A stretch of 64,000 nucleotides of DNA, from assembly GCA_017003895.1 (NCBI GenBank), contig GCA_017003895.1_4520.1, one strand, 5' to 3'. Positions 1-10,061 of the stretch are shown one piece after another; position 1 is the stretch's first letter; every line of letters starts with the position of its first letter. A model generated the notes under the pieces. The model was not told where the DNA came from and ran no database searches. It saw nothing but the letters and a program-made list of their open reading frames with translations. A program made the translations under genes and the position numbers. This DNA is from a phage.

Positions 1-422
1 CCACGATATTCGCCCATTCATTTTTAGATACATCTATTCCGGTTATTGTTACAGGCGATGGTGATAATGCTATTGTTGTGTCAAGATCTGGTGGATATTC
101 CGAAATGACCTATCGTAATGGATTTGAAGAAGCAAGTCGTCTTCAGACAATGGCTCAATATGACGGATATGCTAAATGCACTACTACAGGTAATTTTAAC
201 ATAACGCCTGCTACTAAAATTATATTTGTCGACCAAAAGAACCAATTCAAATCCGAATTTTACGTAGATGAAGTTATTCATGAGTTATCAAATAACAACT
301 CACAAACTCATCTGTACATGTTTACCAACTCAATGGTGTTAGAACCTGTTAACCCAGTTAAGGTTAAAAATGAACTTAAATCTGATTCTACCTCTAAAGA
401 AAATAATTCTACCACAGTCTAA
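1..422 (+). CDS. 27: Baseplate hub subunit gp27, C-terminal part (5' end lies outside the window)
   Basis: Frame is open from the window edge (no stop from nt 3) to the stop at 420-422; overlaps the start of gp28 as in the T4 27-28-29-48-54 cluster. Called by synteny only. Confidence 0.5.
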   Translation, partial: TIFAHSFLDTSIPVIVTGDGDNAIVVSRSGGYSEMTYRNGFEEASRLQTMAQYDGYAKCTTTGNFNITPATKIIFVDQKNQFKSEFYVDEVIHELSNNNSQTHLYMFTNSMVLEPVNPVKVKNELKSDSTSKENNSTTV

Positions 423-903
423 TAAAAAGGTAATGATTCCCAAATTAGGGCTCAAACATTATAATCTTTTAAAGGACGTTAAAGGCCCTGATGAAAACAT
501 GAAAATCTTAGCTGATTCTATTTGTAAAAATATGAGTCCCGCAGATTTTGATTTTGCATGTCTACACATATTGGAATTTAATAACAAACTTAAGTCTGAA
601 GTTGAAAAAGATGGATTCACTTATAAACTAGATGACGTCTATGTATGCCAACGAACAGAATTCCAATTCCAAGGTAATACTTTTTATTTTAGACCCCCAG
701 GCAAATTTGAACAATTCGCTACAATCAGTGAAATGCTATCAAATTGCTTAATAAAAGTTAATGACGAAGAGAAAGAAATTTCTTTCCTTGAGATGCCTGC
801 TTTTGTAATCAAATGGGCAGAAGACCTTTCGACAACTATTGCTATTCCAGGCCCTAATGGTCCTATTAAGGGTATAGCAGAAATTATTGGATTGCTTGAA
901 TGA
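370..903 (+). CDS. 28: Baseplate hub distal subunit gp28
   Basis: 177 aa, same length as T4 gp28; sits between 27 and 29 with overlapping start/stop codons. Confidence 0.65.
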   Translation: MNLNLILPLKKIILPQSNKKVMIPKLGLKHYNLLKDVKGPDENMKILADSICKNMSPADFDFACLHILEFNNKLKSEVEKDGFTYKLDDVYVCQRTEFQFQGNTFYFRPPGKFEQFATISEMLSNCLIKVNDEEKEISFLEMPAFVIKWAEDLSTTIAIPGPNGPIKGIAEIIGLLE

Positions 904-2672
904 AACCTGAAGAAATGAAATCCATGCGTAGAAATAAGGTCATTGCCGATAATAAACCACAAAAAGTAGCTGCAACAGCAGCTACCGATTCATTAGAAGC
1001 ATTGAATGACATTTCATCAAAACTAGACGATGTCCAAGCCGCGTCTGAACTCACATCACAAAGTGTAGAAGATAAAGGCAATGGAATCATTGAATCAATT
1101 GGAGACTTAAAGAATTCGACAGATAATACTGCTGAAGGCACAGAGCTTATCGCAGAAGTTATTGAAAAACAAACTGAAGTCACTAAAAGTATAAACGAAG
1201 TTTCTAGTGCAATAAGCTCTAAGTTAGACCGATTAGCTACATTATTAGAGCAAAAATTACAAACATCTACCGCTATTCAAAATACAGGAGGCACCTCTCT
1301 TGAAGTAATTGAGAACGCAATACCTGTTAAAGTGGTTGAGAATGAAACTTCTGATGAGTTGTTTAAAGCATTCCCTACACCTGAAAAGATTGATAATAAG
1401 CCAGACGAAGATTTCTTCCCAGCACCGGTTCAAGAAAGTGCTAATTCTACTTCCGATTCTAAAGGCGGAATTAGCTTTAAATTGAGCGATAAAATTGCAA
1501 TGCTCACCAAAACAGTTCAAACCGGGTTTAATAAATCAATATCAATTTCAGACAGAATTGCTGGAATGCTTTTCAAATACACTATAACGGCTGCTATTGA
1601 AGCAGCAAAAATGGCCGCACTTATTCTTGGTATTGTTATCGGTATTGATTTATTGATAGTCCATTTCAAATATTGGACAGACAAGTTCACTTCTGCCTGG
1701 GATTTATTTGATGAAAACTTTACTAAATTCTCCGATGAAGCTAAAGAGTGGGGTAAATTCTTAAGCGATATATTCACCTCTGTTGACTCGATAAAACAAT
1801 TATGGGAAGCTGGAGACTGGGGTGGTTTAACCGTTGCTATTGTCAAAGGTGTAGGAACAGCATTAATGAACTTAGGTGAACTAATTCAATTAGGAATGGC
1901 TAAACTCTCTGCTTCTATATTGCGTGCTATAGGTTTTGGTGATACAGCGGACGAAATAGAAGGACGTGCTTTAGAAGGATTCCAAGAAACTACTGGGAAC
2001 AAATTAAAGAAAGAAGACCAAGAGAAAGTCGCTAAATATCAAATGAAACGTGACGATGGGGAATTAGGAACCGTTTCTAAAGGTCTTGATATGTTACAAC
2101 GCGGCAAAACATTCGTTACTAACTGGGTTCGTGGTAATGACAATAAAGAAGAGTTTAGTACAAGCGATGAGCGTGCTGCGGAATCAGCAAAATTAAAAGA
2201 GTTACCTGAAGAGGAGCGTAAAGAGGCGTATATAAAAGCTAATGAAACTCGTGCGGCACTGGTTAGATTTGAGGATTATATCGATAAAATCGATATGACT
2301 AATCCAGAAAATGCTAAAAACGTCGAGAAGTCTTATGCTGATTTAAGTAAACTTATTAAAGACCCTGAACTTAATAAAACTCCTGTTGTTAAAAAGGAAT
2401 TAGATGCTAGATTTGAAAAGCTAAATAATAAAATGGCTGAAGCCAAAAAGGCTCAGACCACAGTTAAGCCTGAATCTTCGTCTAAATCTCCGGAAGCAAA
2501 ACAAGTTCAGTCAATAGAGAAAGGACGTGCTTCTGAATCTAAACAACAGCAACCGGTAGCGGCGATTAGTAACACAAATAATGTCGTCAAAAAGAATACC
2601 GTAGTCCAGAATATGACCCCTGTAACAAGTACAACGGCTCCTGGAATTTTCCATGCCACCGGTGTTAATTAA
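900..2672 (+). CDS. 29: Baseplate hub subunit and tail-length determinator gp29
   Basis: 590 aa, same length as T4 gp29; start overlaps the gp28 stop (ATGA); position upstream of 48 and 54. Confidence 0.75.
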   Translation: MKPEEMKSMRRNKVIADNKPQKVAATAATDSLEALNDISSKLDDVQAASELTSQSVEDKGNGIIESIGDLKNSTDNTAEGTELIAEVIEKQTEVTKSINEVSSAISSKLDRLATLLEQKLQTSTAIQNTGGTSLEVIENAIPVKVVENETSDELFKAFPTPEKIDNKPDEDFFPAPVQESANSTSDSKGGISFKLSDKIAMLTKTVQTGFNKSISISDRIAGMLFKYTITAAIEAAKMAALILGIVIGIDLLIVHFKYWTDKFTSAWDLFDENFTKFSDEAKEWGKFLSDIFTSVDSIKQLWEAGDWGGLTVAIVKGVGTALMNLGELIQLGMAKLSASILRAIGFGDTADEIEGRALEGFQETTGNKLKKEDQEKVAKYQMKRDDGELGTVSKGLDMLQRGKTFVTNWVRGNDNKEEFSTSDERAAESAKLKELPEEERKEAYIKANETRAALVRFEDYIDKIDMTNPENAKNVEKSYADLSKLIKDPELNKTPVVKKELDARFEKLNNKMAEAKKAQTTVKPESSSKSPEAKQVQSIEKGRASESKQQQPVAAISNTNNVVKKNTVVQNMTPVTSTTAPGIFHATGVN

Positions 2673-2680
2673 GGATTATT

Positions 2681-3790
2681 ATGATTAGTGTAAAAGAAAT
2701 AGTAGTAGATGCAAAGGATTTAAATAAAGCAATCCCAGTCTCAGAAAGTGCTGGGCAAAGCACTAAAACCGAAACAACTACTAAAACTTATGTTGCCCAA
2801 TTTCCTACAGGAAGAGCAGCCGGAAATGACTCCACAGGAGACTTCCAGGTAACGGACCTTTATAAGAATGGATTATTATTTACCGCGTACAATATGTCTG
2901 CACGCGATTCAGGATCCCTCAGGAATTTACGTCCGGCGTATGCCGGGACTTCATCTAATGGTATCATATCAGATTTAACTGATAACGTGAAAGATGCAGT
3001 GACTAAATTCTCAAATGGCTTGCTTCCTGCCGGAGCTAATAAATCTACTATAAATAAAACTCCTGTTGCTAATATACTTTTGCCACGTTCCAAATCTGAC
3101 GTCGATACAACTTCACATCGTTTTAATGATATCGGTGATAGCCTTATTACTAAAGGTGGAGGTACTGCTACGGGTGTTTTAAGTAACATTGCTTCTACTG
3201 CAGTCTTTGGTGCATTAGATTCTATTACTCAAGGGCTTATGGCTGATAATAACGAACAGATTTATACGACTTCTCGTAGTATGTACGGTGGTGCTGAGAA
3301 CCGTACCAAAGTCTTTACATGGGATTTAACTCCGCGTTCAACTGAAGACCTTATGGCTATTATAAACATTTACCAGTATTTTAACTATTTCTCATATGGT
3401 GAGACCGGTAAATCACAGTACGCCCAAGAGATTAAAAGTTATTTAGACGAATGGTACCGTTCAACGTTTATTGAGCCTATGACGCCAGATGATGCAGTAA
3501 AAAATAAGACATTGTTTGAAAAGATTACTGCGTCATTAACAAATGTATTAGTTGTAAGCAACCCTACAATTTGGATGGTTAAAAACTTTGGTTATACATC
3601 TAAATTTGATGGATTAACTGATGTATTTGGTCCATGCCAAATTCAAAGCGTACGTTTTGATAAAACTCCAAATGGACAATTTAATGGTCTTGCTGTTGCT
3701 CCTAACTTACCGTCAACATTTACGTTAGAGATAACAATGCGAGAAATTATTACATTAAACCGTTCTTCACTTTATGCGGGGACTTTCTAA
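2681..3790 (+). CDS. 48: Baseplate tail-tube cap gp48
   Basis: 369 aa (T4 gp48 about 364 aa); synteny 29-48-54. Confidence 0.7.
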   Translation: MISVKEIVVDAKDLNKAIPVSESAGQSTKTETTTKTYVAQFPTGRAAGNDSTGDFQVTDLYKNGLLFTAYNMSARDSGSLRNLRPAYAGTSSNGIISDLTDNVKDAVTKFSNGLLPAGANKSTINKTPVANILLPRSKSDVDTTSHRFNDIGDSLITKGGGTATGVLSNIASTAVFGALDSITQGLMADNNEQIYTTSRSMYGGAENRTKVFTWDLTPRSTEDLMAIINIYQYFNYFSYGETGKSQYAQEIKSYLDEWYRSTFIEPMTPDDAVKNKTLFEKITASLTNVLVVSNPTIWMVKNFGYTSKFDGLTDVFGPCQIQSVRFDKTPNGQFNGLAVAPNLPSTFTLEITMREIITLNRSSLYAGTF

Positions 3791-4752
3791 TGTACTCTTT
3801 AGAAGAATTTAATAACCAAGCTATAAATGCAGATTTCCAACGAAACAATATGTTTAGTTGTGTATTTGCTACTACACCATCGACTAAATCATCTTCACTA
3901 ATTTCGTCAATTGGTAGTTTTGCTTATAATAACTTAGGGTTGGATTCTGATTGGTTAGGATTGACTCAAGGTGATATCAATCAGGGCGTAACAACCCTGA
4001 TTACAGCAGGAACACAGAAATTAATTCGAAAATCAGGTGTAAGTAAATATCTGATTGGAGCAATGAGTCAACGTACGGTACAAAGCTTGTTAGGTGAGTT
4101 CACAGTAGGAGCTTATCTGATAGACTTCTTCAATATGGCATATAATAATACAGGTTTAATGATTTATTCTGTAAAAATGCCTGAGAACCGATTATCTTAT
4201 GAAACGGATTTCAACTATAACTCCCCGAACATCCGAATTACCGGTCGAGAAATGGACCCGTTAGTAATAAGCTTTAGAATGGATTCCGAAGCATCCAACT
4301 TTAGAGCAATGCAGGACTGGGTAAACTCAGTCCAAGACCCTGTAACAGGTCTTCGCGCTTTACCACAAGACGTCGAAGCAGATATTCAGGTTAATTTACA
4401 TGCACGAAATGGTTTACCGCATACCGCTGTCATGTTCACCGGATGTATTCCTGTTAGTGTCTCTTCTCCTGAGTTAACGTATGATGGTGATAATCAGATA
4501 ACAGTTTTTGATGTAACATTTGCTTATCGCGTTATGCAATCAGGTGCTGTAAATAGACAGGCTGCTTTAGAATGGTTGGAATCAGGACTTATTAGTAGTG
4601 TTTCAGGAATGTTTGGAAATAATCAGAATGATTCTGGTCTAGGAAGTGCAGTATCAAGACTTTCTAGATTAGGTGGGACCGCTGGAGGTGTGTCTAATAT
4701 AAACACATTGACAGGTGTGGTGAATTCTACATCAAGAGTTTTAGGACTATAA
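3790..4752 (+). CDS. 54: Baseplate tail-tube initiator gp54
   Basis: 320 aa, same as T4 gp54; start overlaps the gp48 stop; followed by a hairpin terminator. Confidence 0.7.
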   Translation: MYSLEEFNNQAINADFQRNNMFSCVFATTPSTKSSSLISSIGSFAYNNLGLDSDWLGLTQGDINQGVTTLITAGTQKLIRKSGVSKYLIGAMSQRTVQSLLGEFTVGAYLIDFFNMAYNNTGLMIYSVKMPENRLSYETDFNYNSPNIRITGREMDPLVISFRMDSEASNFRAMQDWVNSVQDPVTGLRALPQDVEADIQVNLHARNGLPHTAVMFTGCIPVSVSSPELTYDGDNQITVFDVTFAYRVMQSGAVNRQAALEWLESGLISSVSGMFGNNQNDSGLGSAVSRLSRLGGTAGGVSNINTLTGVVNSTSRVLGL

Positions 4753-4759
4753 GAAAAAA

Positions 4760-4790
4760 GGGAGACAACGTCTCCCTTTAGGGTTTATTT
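4760..4790. terminator. Bidirectional hairpin terminator between convergent gene 54 and the alt operon
   Basis: gggagac-aac-gtctccc inverted repeat flanked by A-run upstream and T-rich sequence downstream; lies between convergent ORFs. Confidence 0.55.
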
Positions 4791-5150
4791 ACGGAATGAA
4801 AGGAATGCTGGTGCTCGGAATGGAGTATCATCTTTAGAGTATTTAACTAATACGACCATTGGTACCTCTGTTTCTAAATGTCCTGTCAATACACCGATAA
4901 AAATTTGATCAGTGTGCTCAGGGACACGAAAGTTTTTAAGAGGTTCCATAGCAATATGGAATGCACCTGGGAATACTCGATTCAATTCGTCAATCACAGC
5001 TTCGTTAAAAACATCATCCGCTGGGATAACATCTTCAACTACTAGTTCTTGACCATTAAAGCGAAGCATAGATTTCATAACGTTTTCCTCATGTTGTTGA
5101 TGGGATGATAGTATCACACATCCATGTGTTTGTAAACTATCCTTGGACAA
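4785..5150 (-). CDS. Hypothetical protein downstream of alt (alt.-1-like position)
   Basis: 121-aa ORF whose start overlaps the alt stop; no recognisable motif. Confidence 0.5.
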   Translation of the reverse strand: MSKDSLQTHGCVILSSHQQHEENVMKSMLRFNGQELVVEDVIPADDVFNEAVIDELNRVFPGAFHIAMEPLKNFRVPEHTDQIFIGVLTGHLETEVPMVVLVKYSKDDTPFRAPAFLSFRK

Positions 5151-7224
5151 ATTTAAACGGAACTGATTCTAAATCCATTAAAGATGCTAACAATTTCAAA
5201 CCTTTAGGTGCACTAGTTTTTTCTACAAATGAGGAGAACGATACCGGCTCATCCGATTCGATTTCACCCGTCATAGCAACCACCTCGCCCGTTTCCATGA
5301 GAACATCACCATCATAAATGACGGCTTCATCCAACTGGTCTGAGGACATGACTTCAGCTTGAATAAATTTAAGGTTGGATTCTAAACCTGCACCGGTGTC
5401 AGATGACGCATCTGTAATTTTATTTATCTGCAAGAGAATGCCTCTAGGCAAAATAATTTCTTGCTCATTAGGGTGATTACTCAACTGTCCTGGATAAATC
5501 ACGTTAACTTTATGGGCGCCATCAATAGCCCATCCAACGTTAACACGGATTTGTTCTGGAGCATGCATAGCTGTTCTTACTTGACTAGGAGAAATAGTAA
5601 CACCTTCGTCATTATTGTCAATGTTAAGCTCTTTGCGAACTTCTTCAGGAGCAAGTCCAAGGGCAACGTTCTCTTTAAACCCGCCGAAAATAATAGGAGC
5701 TAGTGAAGTGGAAACATAGTTTCTGAAGTAGAATACCTTATTTTTAACCATTGCTTCGTAAATAGGCATTCTGATAGACTGAGCTCTATATAACGTTAGT
5801 CCTTCAGGTAAACGGTCTCCATTTAAAAACGCCGAATCAAGACCATCAATAGCGCGTTTAACTTCATCTTCATCTGCAACATCGTAAAAATCTGGTTTAT
5901 AACGACCCAACAACATATTATTGATATCTGTATACGCAGAAGAGGCATATTCACGAATAGCTCGTTTTTCAGCAACAGAGTATTGTTTAGGGTCACGATT
6001 CATTGTTATATTAAAGGTGCCTCTAGCTGATTCTCGTGCATAAGTATACATCACATTAGACAAGAACGCTGATTTACGTTGTTTCCAAGTTCTTTCAGAT
6101 ACTTCAGCTAAAACGTCGTCAGGCAGTTGGAAATTATCACGTCTAAAATCTTCAAACCATTCGTCTTTAATAGAGTCTGCAATTTCATTTGCAGCTTCAA
6201 CAAAAGCAGCTAATGCTTTAACAGATGTTGTTTTTTCGGTTTTAATTTTCTTAGCAAACTTTTCTAAAGTCGGCTTAATAACACTACCATAAGAAACTTC
6301 ATCGGCAAATTTAAAGGATTCATCAATACGATTATAAATCTTATTTTCGATATCAGCAACTAAAGTGCCTTTTGCTGTGGACGATGCTTGGGCTAGTACG
6401 ATTTCATATGCTTCAGGAAGTAATTCGGCTGTAGCCGGGCCACTAACTTCTTTAGCAGAATTTTCGTATTTCTGGAATAACTCACCTTCTTGACGGTCAG
6501 CTTCTAAAGATTGACTTGCTGCAATAGCACGACGAGAAATTTTAGTGCGAGCAATAACAGGCTTATCTTTACGTTTTTCTTCTACCGCGGCAATAGAACC
6601 AGCGATAGCCGTTTCTTTGGTGACCTTTTCACCGGTCTTTTTACTCACATAAACTTCGCCAACATCAGAATCTACTTTCGTGTACAACTCTGTGTTAATG
6701 TTAGGGATGCCTTTAATATCTTCAATGTTGGCATTTTTACGAACCATCATCACATAGGTGTGTTTACCGGTGAATTGATACATTGCCGACAATACTTTAA
6801 AACGACCACCGGTTTTAGTAGAAACTAAACGAGCAAGAAGAGTTTGAAGCTGCTGTCCACGTCCTTTCAATTTCTTGGTAGGGAATCTGAACAGAACCGC
6901 ATCCATACGAAGAGCTTTAACCTGTTCATATACTGTATTGAAAATGGTGTTGATTGCATCAATAGGAGCAGGACCAAGGCCGTTTTTCAATTCAGCGAGA
7001 TTACCCTTTTCAGACAGACTCATAATAACAACATGGGCATATTTGTCGCCAAGTTTAACTTGTTTTACAGCATCGCCTTCAGAAAGGTAAGAGAATAAGC
7101 GAACTACGATGTTTGTATCGATATCACCAATTTTCCAGACTTGTGGAACTTTAGCTTTAGGGTTCAAATTGACGACAGGAAGACTGCCTTCAGATTCAAA
7201 CACTTCATTTAATTGTTCAGACAT
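5137..7224 (-). CDS. alt: Alt ADP-ribosyltransferase (virion-packaged, modifies host RNA polymerase)
   Basis: 695 aa (T4 Alt about 682 aa); C-terminal region has an ART-like R...S-T-S...E arrangement (YRAQS, YVSTSLAP, QEIILPRG); T4 position between 54 and 30. Confidence 0.75.
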   Translation of the reverse strand: MSEQLNEVFESEGSLPVVNLNPKAKVPQVWKIGDIDTNIVVRLFSYLSEGDAVKQVKLGDKYAHVVIMSLSEKGNLAELKNGLGPAPIDAINTIFNTVYEQVKALRMDAVLFRFPTKKLKGRGQQLQTLLARLVSTKTGGRFKVLSAMYQFTGKHTYVMMVRKNANIEDIKGIPNINTELYTKVDSDVGEVYVSKKTGEKVTKETAIAGSIAAVEEKRKDKPVIARTKISRRAIAASQSLEADRQEGELFQKYENSAKEVSGPATAELLPEAYEIVLAQASSTAKGTLVADIENKIYNRIDESFKFADEVSYGSVIKPTLEKFAKKIKTEKTTSVKALAAFVEAANEIADSIKDEWFEDFRRDNFQLPDDVLAEVSERTWKQRKSAFLSNVMYTYARESARGTFNITMNRDPKQYSVAEKRAIREYASSAYTDINNMLLGRYKPDFYDVADEDEVKRAIDGLDSAFLNGDRLPEGLTLYRAQSIRMPIYEAMVKNKVFYFRNYVSTSLAPIIFGGFKENVALGLAPEEVRKELNIDNNDEGVTISPSQVRTAMHAPEQIRVNVGWAIDGAHKVNVIYPGQLSNHPNEQEIILPRGILLQINKITDASSDTGAGLESNLKFIQAEVMSSDQLDEAVIYDGDVLMETGEVVAMTGEIESDEPVSFSSFVEKTSAPKGLKLLASLMDLESVPFKFVQG

Positions 7225-7244
7225 AGTGTTTTCCTTTTAGTAAT

Positions 7245-7252
7245 AATTTATA
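7245..7252 (-). promoter_or_regulatory. Possible late promoter (TATAAATT on minus strand) upstream of alt
   Basis: Plus-strand aatttata gives TATAAATT on the minus strand, about 20 nt upstream of the alt start; one mismatch to the T4 late consensus TATAAATA. Confidence 0.3.
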
Positions 7253-7255
7253 TTT

Positions 7256-7280
7256 ATGCCAAAAAGAGCCCGAAGGCTCT
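7256..7280 (-). terminator. CUUCGG tetraloop hairpin terminator upstream of alt
   Basis: agagcc-cgaa-ggctct inverted repeat; on the minus strand the hairpin is followed by UUUUU. Confidence 0.5.
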
Positions 7281-7489
7281 TAATCCACAATCGGGAGCAA
7301 AGTACGATAAACTTCAAAATTAGGGCCTTTTTCGTACTTATCGAAATTGTCCATAAAAATATGATAGGAATCGTTATTAGGAAAATCTAATATAATCTGA
7401 GAGCAAGAGGTGGAAACATCTCCACCATCCTTCTTAGCTACAATAACTGTTTCTAAATAAGCTTTCATTATAAACCTGTCTGGGACCAC
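7280..7489 (-). CDS. Hypothetical small protein
   Basis: 69-aa ORF between ligase and alt; start overlaps the ligase stop. Confidence 0.45.
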   Translation of the reverse strand: MVPDRFIMKAYLETVIVAKKDGGDVSTSCSQIILDFPNNDSYHIFMDNFDKYEKGPNFEVYRTLLPIVD

Positions 7490-8961
7490 GGTCCAAATAC
7501 GTCTTCAAACGAATCCGCTTCTGTTTTATCAAAACGGAACCCTTTAATAATTGGAAGGAAAATACCTACAGTACCTTCACGGCCTTTAGAATGAACCCAA
7601 CCATTACATTCACAATCAGCGATACGTCCAATTAATTTACCTTCACGAGCTTCGGTCATTAATCGTTCACGGTCCAAATCATGACGCTCATCTAAAGGAA
7701 TAAGAACCTTTACACCGTCAACTGTTTTATGAGTTGTATCTTTAAAACCTGAACCACAATCAGTTGTAATACGACGACAACGTGATACGAGTTCGACACC
7801 ACCTAATTTGTTAGGGTCTTTAGAGTGTTCATAGTATCCTACAACTTCTAAAGCGATATCAATAACTTCTTTAAATTTAATTAGGTTCTTAGAGCGTTTG
7901 TTTTCCCAGTATGAATCACGGTTTTTAAGGATAATACCTTCAAGACCTTGGTCAACATATTTTTTATAAACCACTTTAGCTTCATCAAGATTACGAACTA
8001 TCTGGTTTTCGATAGGTTCAATTCGTTTAAAGCCTTCAGCCATATTTTCAAGAGCAGCAAAACGAACATCGTATTTCTGACCTTTAATTTTGCCGTCAGA
8101 ATAGACTTCATCTAAAGGAACATAGTCCCAGGCTTGAAGAACCATACCTTCCGCTTCTTTAGGAGAAATAGTCCCTTGAAGAGATTTATTTGCTAAACCA
8201 TTTGAAGTGCTACGGTCTGCAACTTGTACTTCTTCGGATTCTTCATTATCACCAAATAAGAACGACAGGTCATTTCCTGAGCTCACAGCCTTTTTAATAT
8301 CAAATGAATGATAAACTAATTCACCGTCGATTAAAACCCCATTAGGGTGTCTTTCACGAGCTTCTTTAGTCATTTCCATTAGTTCATCTGCTAATAGAGT
8401 AAGACCATGGTATTCATTACCTGCACGAGAAAAGAATTGAACACCATCATCGCGAACTTCAGCGAAACAACGAGCACCATCGGCTTTTAATTGAGCAAAT
8501 GCGGGCCATTTAATATTTTTAGTAATCAATTTCTCGTCATATGCAGATGCTAACATCTGTGGTTGCAATTGAATAAGTCCAGGCCACACCTTATTCGCGA
8601 TAGACACTGAAGCACCTACTTCAAGGTCGCGCATCATTACACGACGAAGGACTTCTACATCATCAGGTTTACCGTCAGCGATATAACCCATGAGCTCTTT
8701 AATTGCCGCATTACCGGTGAGTTTACGAGTGGCTAATGTGAACTCAATAAAATCCAACATGTCATCTAATTCAAGAAGACCATACGCTTGAGACCTTTCA
8801 CCTGGTCCTGGCCATTTCTTAATATAATACTGGATACCACGTGCATATGTTAAACGATACACACGTTCAAGTAATTTGTTGTCCTTATTTTTCTTAAGGA
8901 TTTCCTGTTTTGTTTTAGTAGAACCGATCGCAGCTATTTGGTTTAAAATATCTAAAATCAT
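7468..8961 (-). CDS. 30: ATP-dependent DNA ligase gp30
   Basis: 497 aa (T4 gp30 487 aa); adenylation motif KxDG present (QLKADGARCF); T4 position next to alt. Confidence 0.9.
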   Translation of the reverse strand: MILDILNQIAAIGSTKTKQEILKKNKDNKLLERVYRLTYARGIQYYIKKWPGPGERSQAYGLLELDDMLDFIEFTLATRKLTGNAAIKELMGYIADGKPDDVEVLRRVMMRDLEVGASVSIANKVWPGLIQLQPQMLASAYDEKLITKNIKWPAFAQLKADGARCFAEVRDDGVQFFSRAGNEYHGLTLLADELMEMTKEARERHPNGVLIDGELVYHSFDIKKAVSSGNDLSFLFGDNEESEEVQVADRSTSNGLANKSLQGTISPKEAEGMVLQAWDYVPLDEVYSDGKIKGQKYDVRFAALENMAEGFKRIEPIENQIVRNLDEAKVVYKKYVDQGLEGIILKNRDSYWENKRSKNLIKFKEVIDIALEVVGYYEHSKDPNKLGGVELVSRCRRITTDCGSGFKDTTHKTVDGVKVLIPLDERHDLDRERLMTEAREGKLIGRIADCECNGWVHSKGREGTVGIFLPIIKGFRFDKTEADSFEDVFGPWSQTGL

Positions 8962-9227
8962 TTGATGTCCTCGATTTTGGTTACGGTTCTATTATAAGCC
9001 ACTTCATCTAGAAGCGATTTCAGCGTTTTCTGATAAGTTGTAATCCATTTACCGAGTCCTTCAACATAATATTCTGAAATGTAGATGAACCCTTGTTCAA
9101 CACACTCTTTAAATATTTCTGCGTCTTTTACTGAACGAAACAATGGCCAGTCTCGAAAGAACATGTTAACGTGACCGTAGTCACGTGTGGTATTTTTGCC
9201 ATCTGTAATATCATGAACTACAAACAT
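8958..9227 (-). CDS. Hypothetical protein (30.1 position)
   Basis: 89-aa ORF; stop overlaps the ligase start. Confidence 0.5.
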   Translation of the reverse strand: MFVVHDITDGKNTTRDYGHVNMFFRDWPLFRSVKDAEIFKECVEQGFIYISEYYVEGLGKWITTYQKTLKSLLDEVAYNRTVTKIEDIK

Positions 9228-9236
9228 AATTAACCC

Positions 9237-10061
9237 TTAACAATTTATAGACCAAGTCCATTTAGACGAATCTAAAGGAAAGTTTTGAATCGTCCACCAC
9301 GGCTGCATATCAGTTGGTCCTGGGGTTCGCCAGGTATATGGAGTACGTGTTGTCGAGGGGCCACCAATTTGATTAGGCCATGCACCTGGACTTGTTGCAC
9401 CAGATTCTTTAAGCAAATCCGCCAATCGTTTTAAAAGGTCTTCACGATCTGAATCTGAATTATTCTTAGGCAGAACCAAACGAGATTCAATATCATCCCA
9501 CGTGTGTACACGTTGTGCAGTACGAGGAATGGCATCACGTTCACCACGAGCCAACCAATAAATCGGTACATTAAGAATTTCTGCCGCATGGTCACAATGA
9601 TGAGCTAAATCGTCAACGTAACAAATTACGTTATATTTTGTTTTAGCTAGTTCGAATAATTGTTCCTTTGAAGAATCATGACCACACATCATTACTTCAG
9701 AGAAAGCGCCTGGGAACAAAGCATTCAAATTAAATTGTCTATTCAATCGAGCATCAATTGAATCACCTAGCGCCGTCACGGCTACAAAATTATAGTCTTC
9801 TTTTAGTTTATTGATAACTCGAAGAGCATCAGAATAAGGCGCTAAGTAACGAATAAAATCAGAGCTATTATATTTTTCTATTAATTGTTTACCAAGGTTA
9901 TCGTCGGTATTGAACAGTTTACCAGGAGAAATAAATTTTTCGTCCTGAATCATTTTTAAAATATGTTCTAATGGAAGGTTATATTTTTGGGCAAAATAAG
10001 GAAGTCCAGATTGCCAGCTTAAACATACACCATCAATATCAGTCAAAATAGTAGGCTTCAT
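9237..10061 (-). CDS. HAD-superfamily hydrolase-like protein (possible nucleotidase) with unusual W/P/T-rich C-terminal tail
   Basis: N-terminal motif ILTDIDGV resembles the DxDG(T/V) HAD phosphatase motif I; 274 aa; C-terminal 50 aa low complexity. Confidence 0.5.
   Translation of the reverse strand: MKPTILTDIDGVCLSWQSGLPYFAQKYNLPLEHILKMIQDEKFISPGKLFNTDDNLGKQLIEKYNSSDFIRYLAPYSDALRVINKLKEDYNFVAVTALGDSIDARLNRQFNLNALFPGAFSEVMMCGHDSSKEQLFELAKTKYNVICYVDDLAHHCDHAAEILNVPIYWLARGERDAIPRTAQRVHTWDDIESRLVLPKNNSDSDREDLLKRLADLLKESGATSPGAWPNQIGGPSTTRTPYTWRTPGPTDMQPWWTIQNFPLDSSKWTWSINC

Noticed and set aside
1257-1846. Minus-strand ORFs inside gene 29 (1257..1520, 1517..1846), and similar antisense ORFs inside alt, ligase, nrdA, gp34, gp37, gp39, rIIA and dda
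   Set aside because: They are fully embedded antisense to long, well-supported genes in a uniformly oriented operon and have no independent start signals; standard shadow ORFs of AT-rich coding sequence.
9242-9249. Near-consensus late promoter (TATAAATT on minus strand)
   Set aside because: It sits only about 15 nt upstream of the next start codon, too close for a T4 late promoter to give a leader with a ribosome-binding site; probably fortuitous AT-rich sequence.
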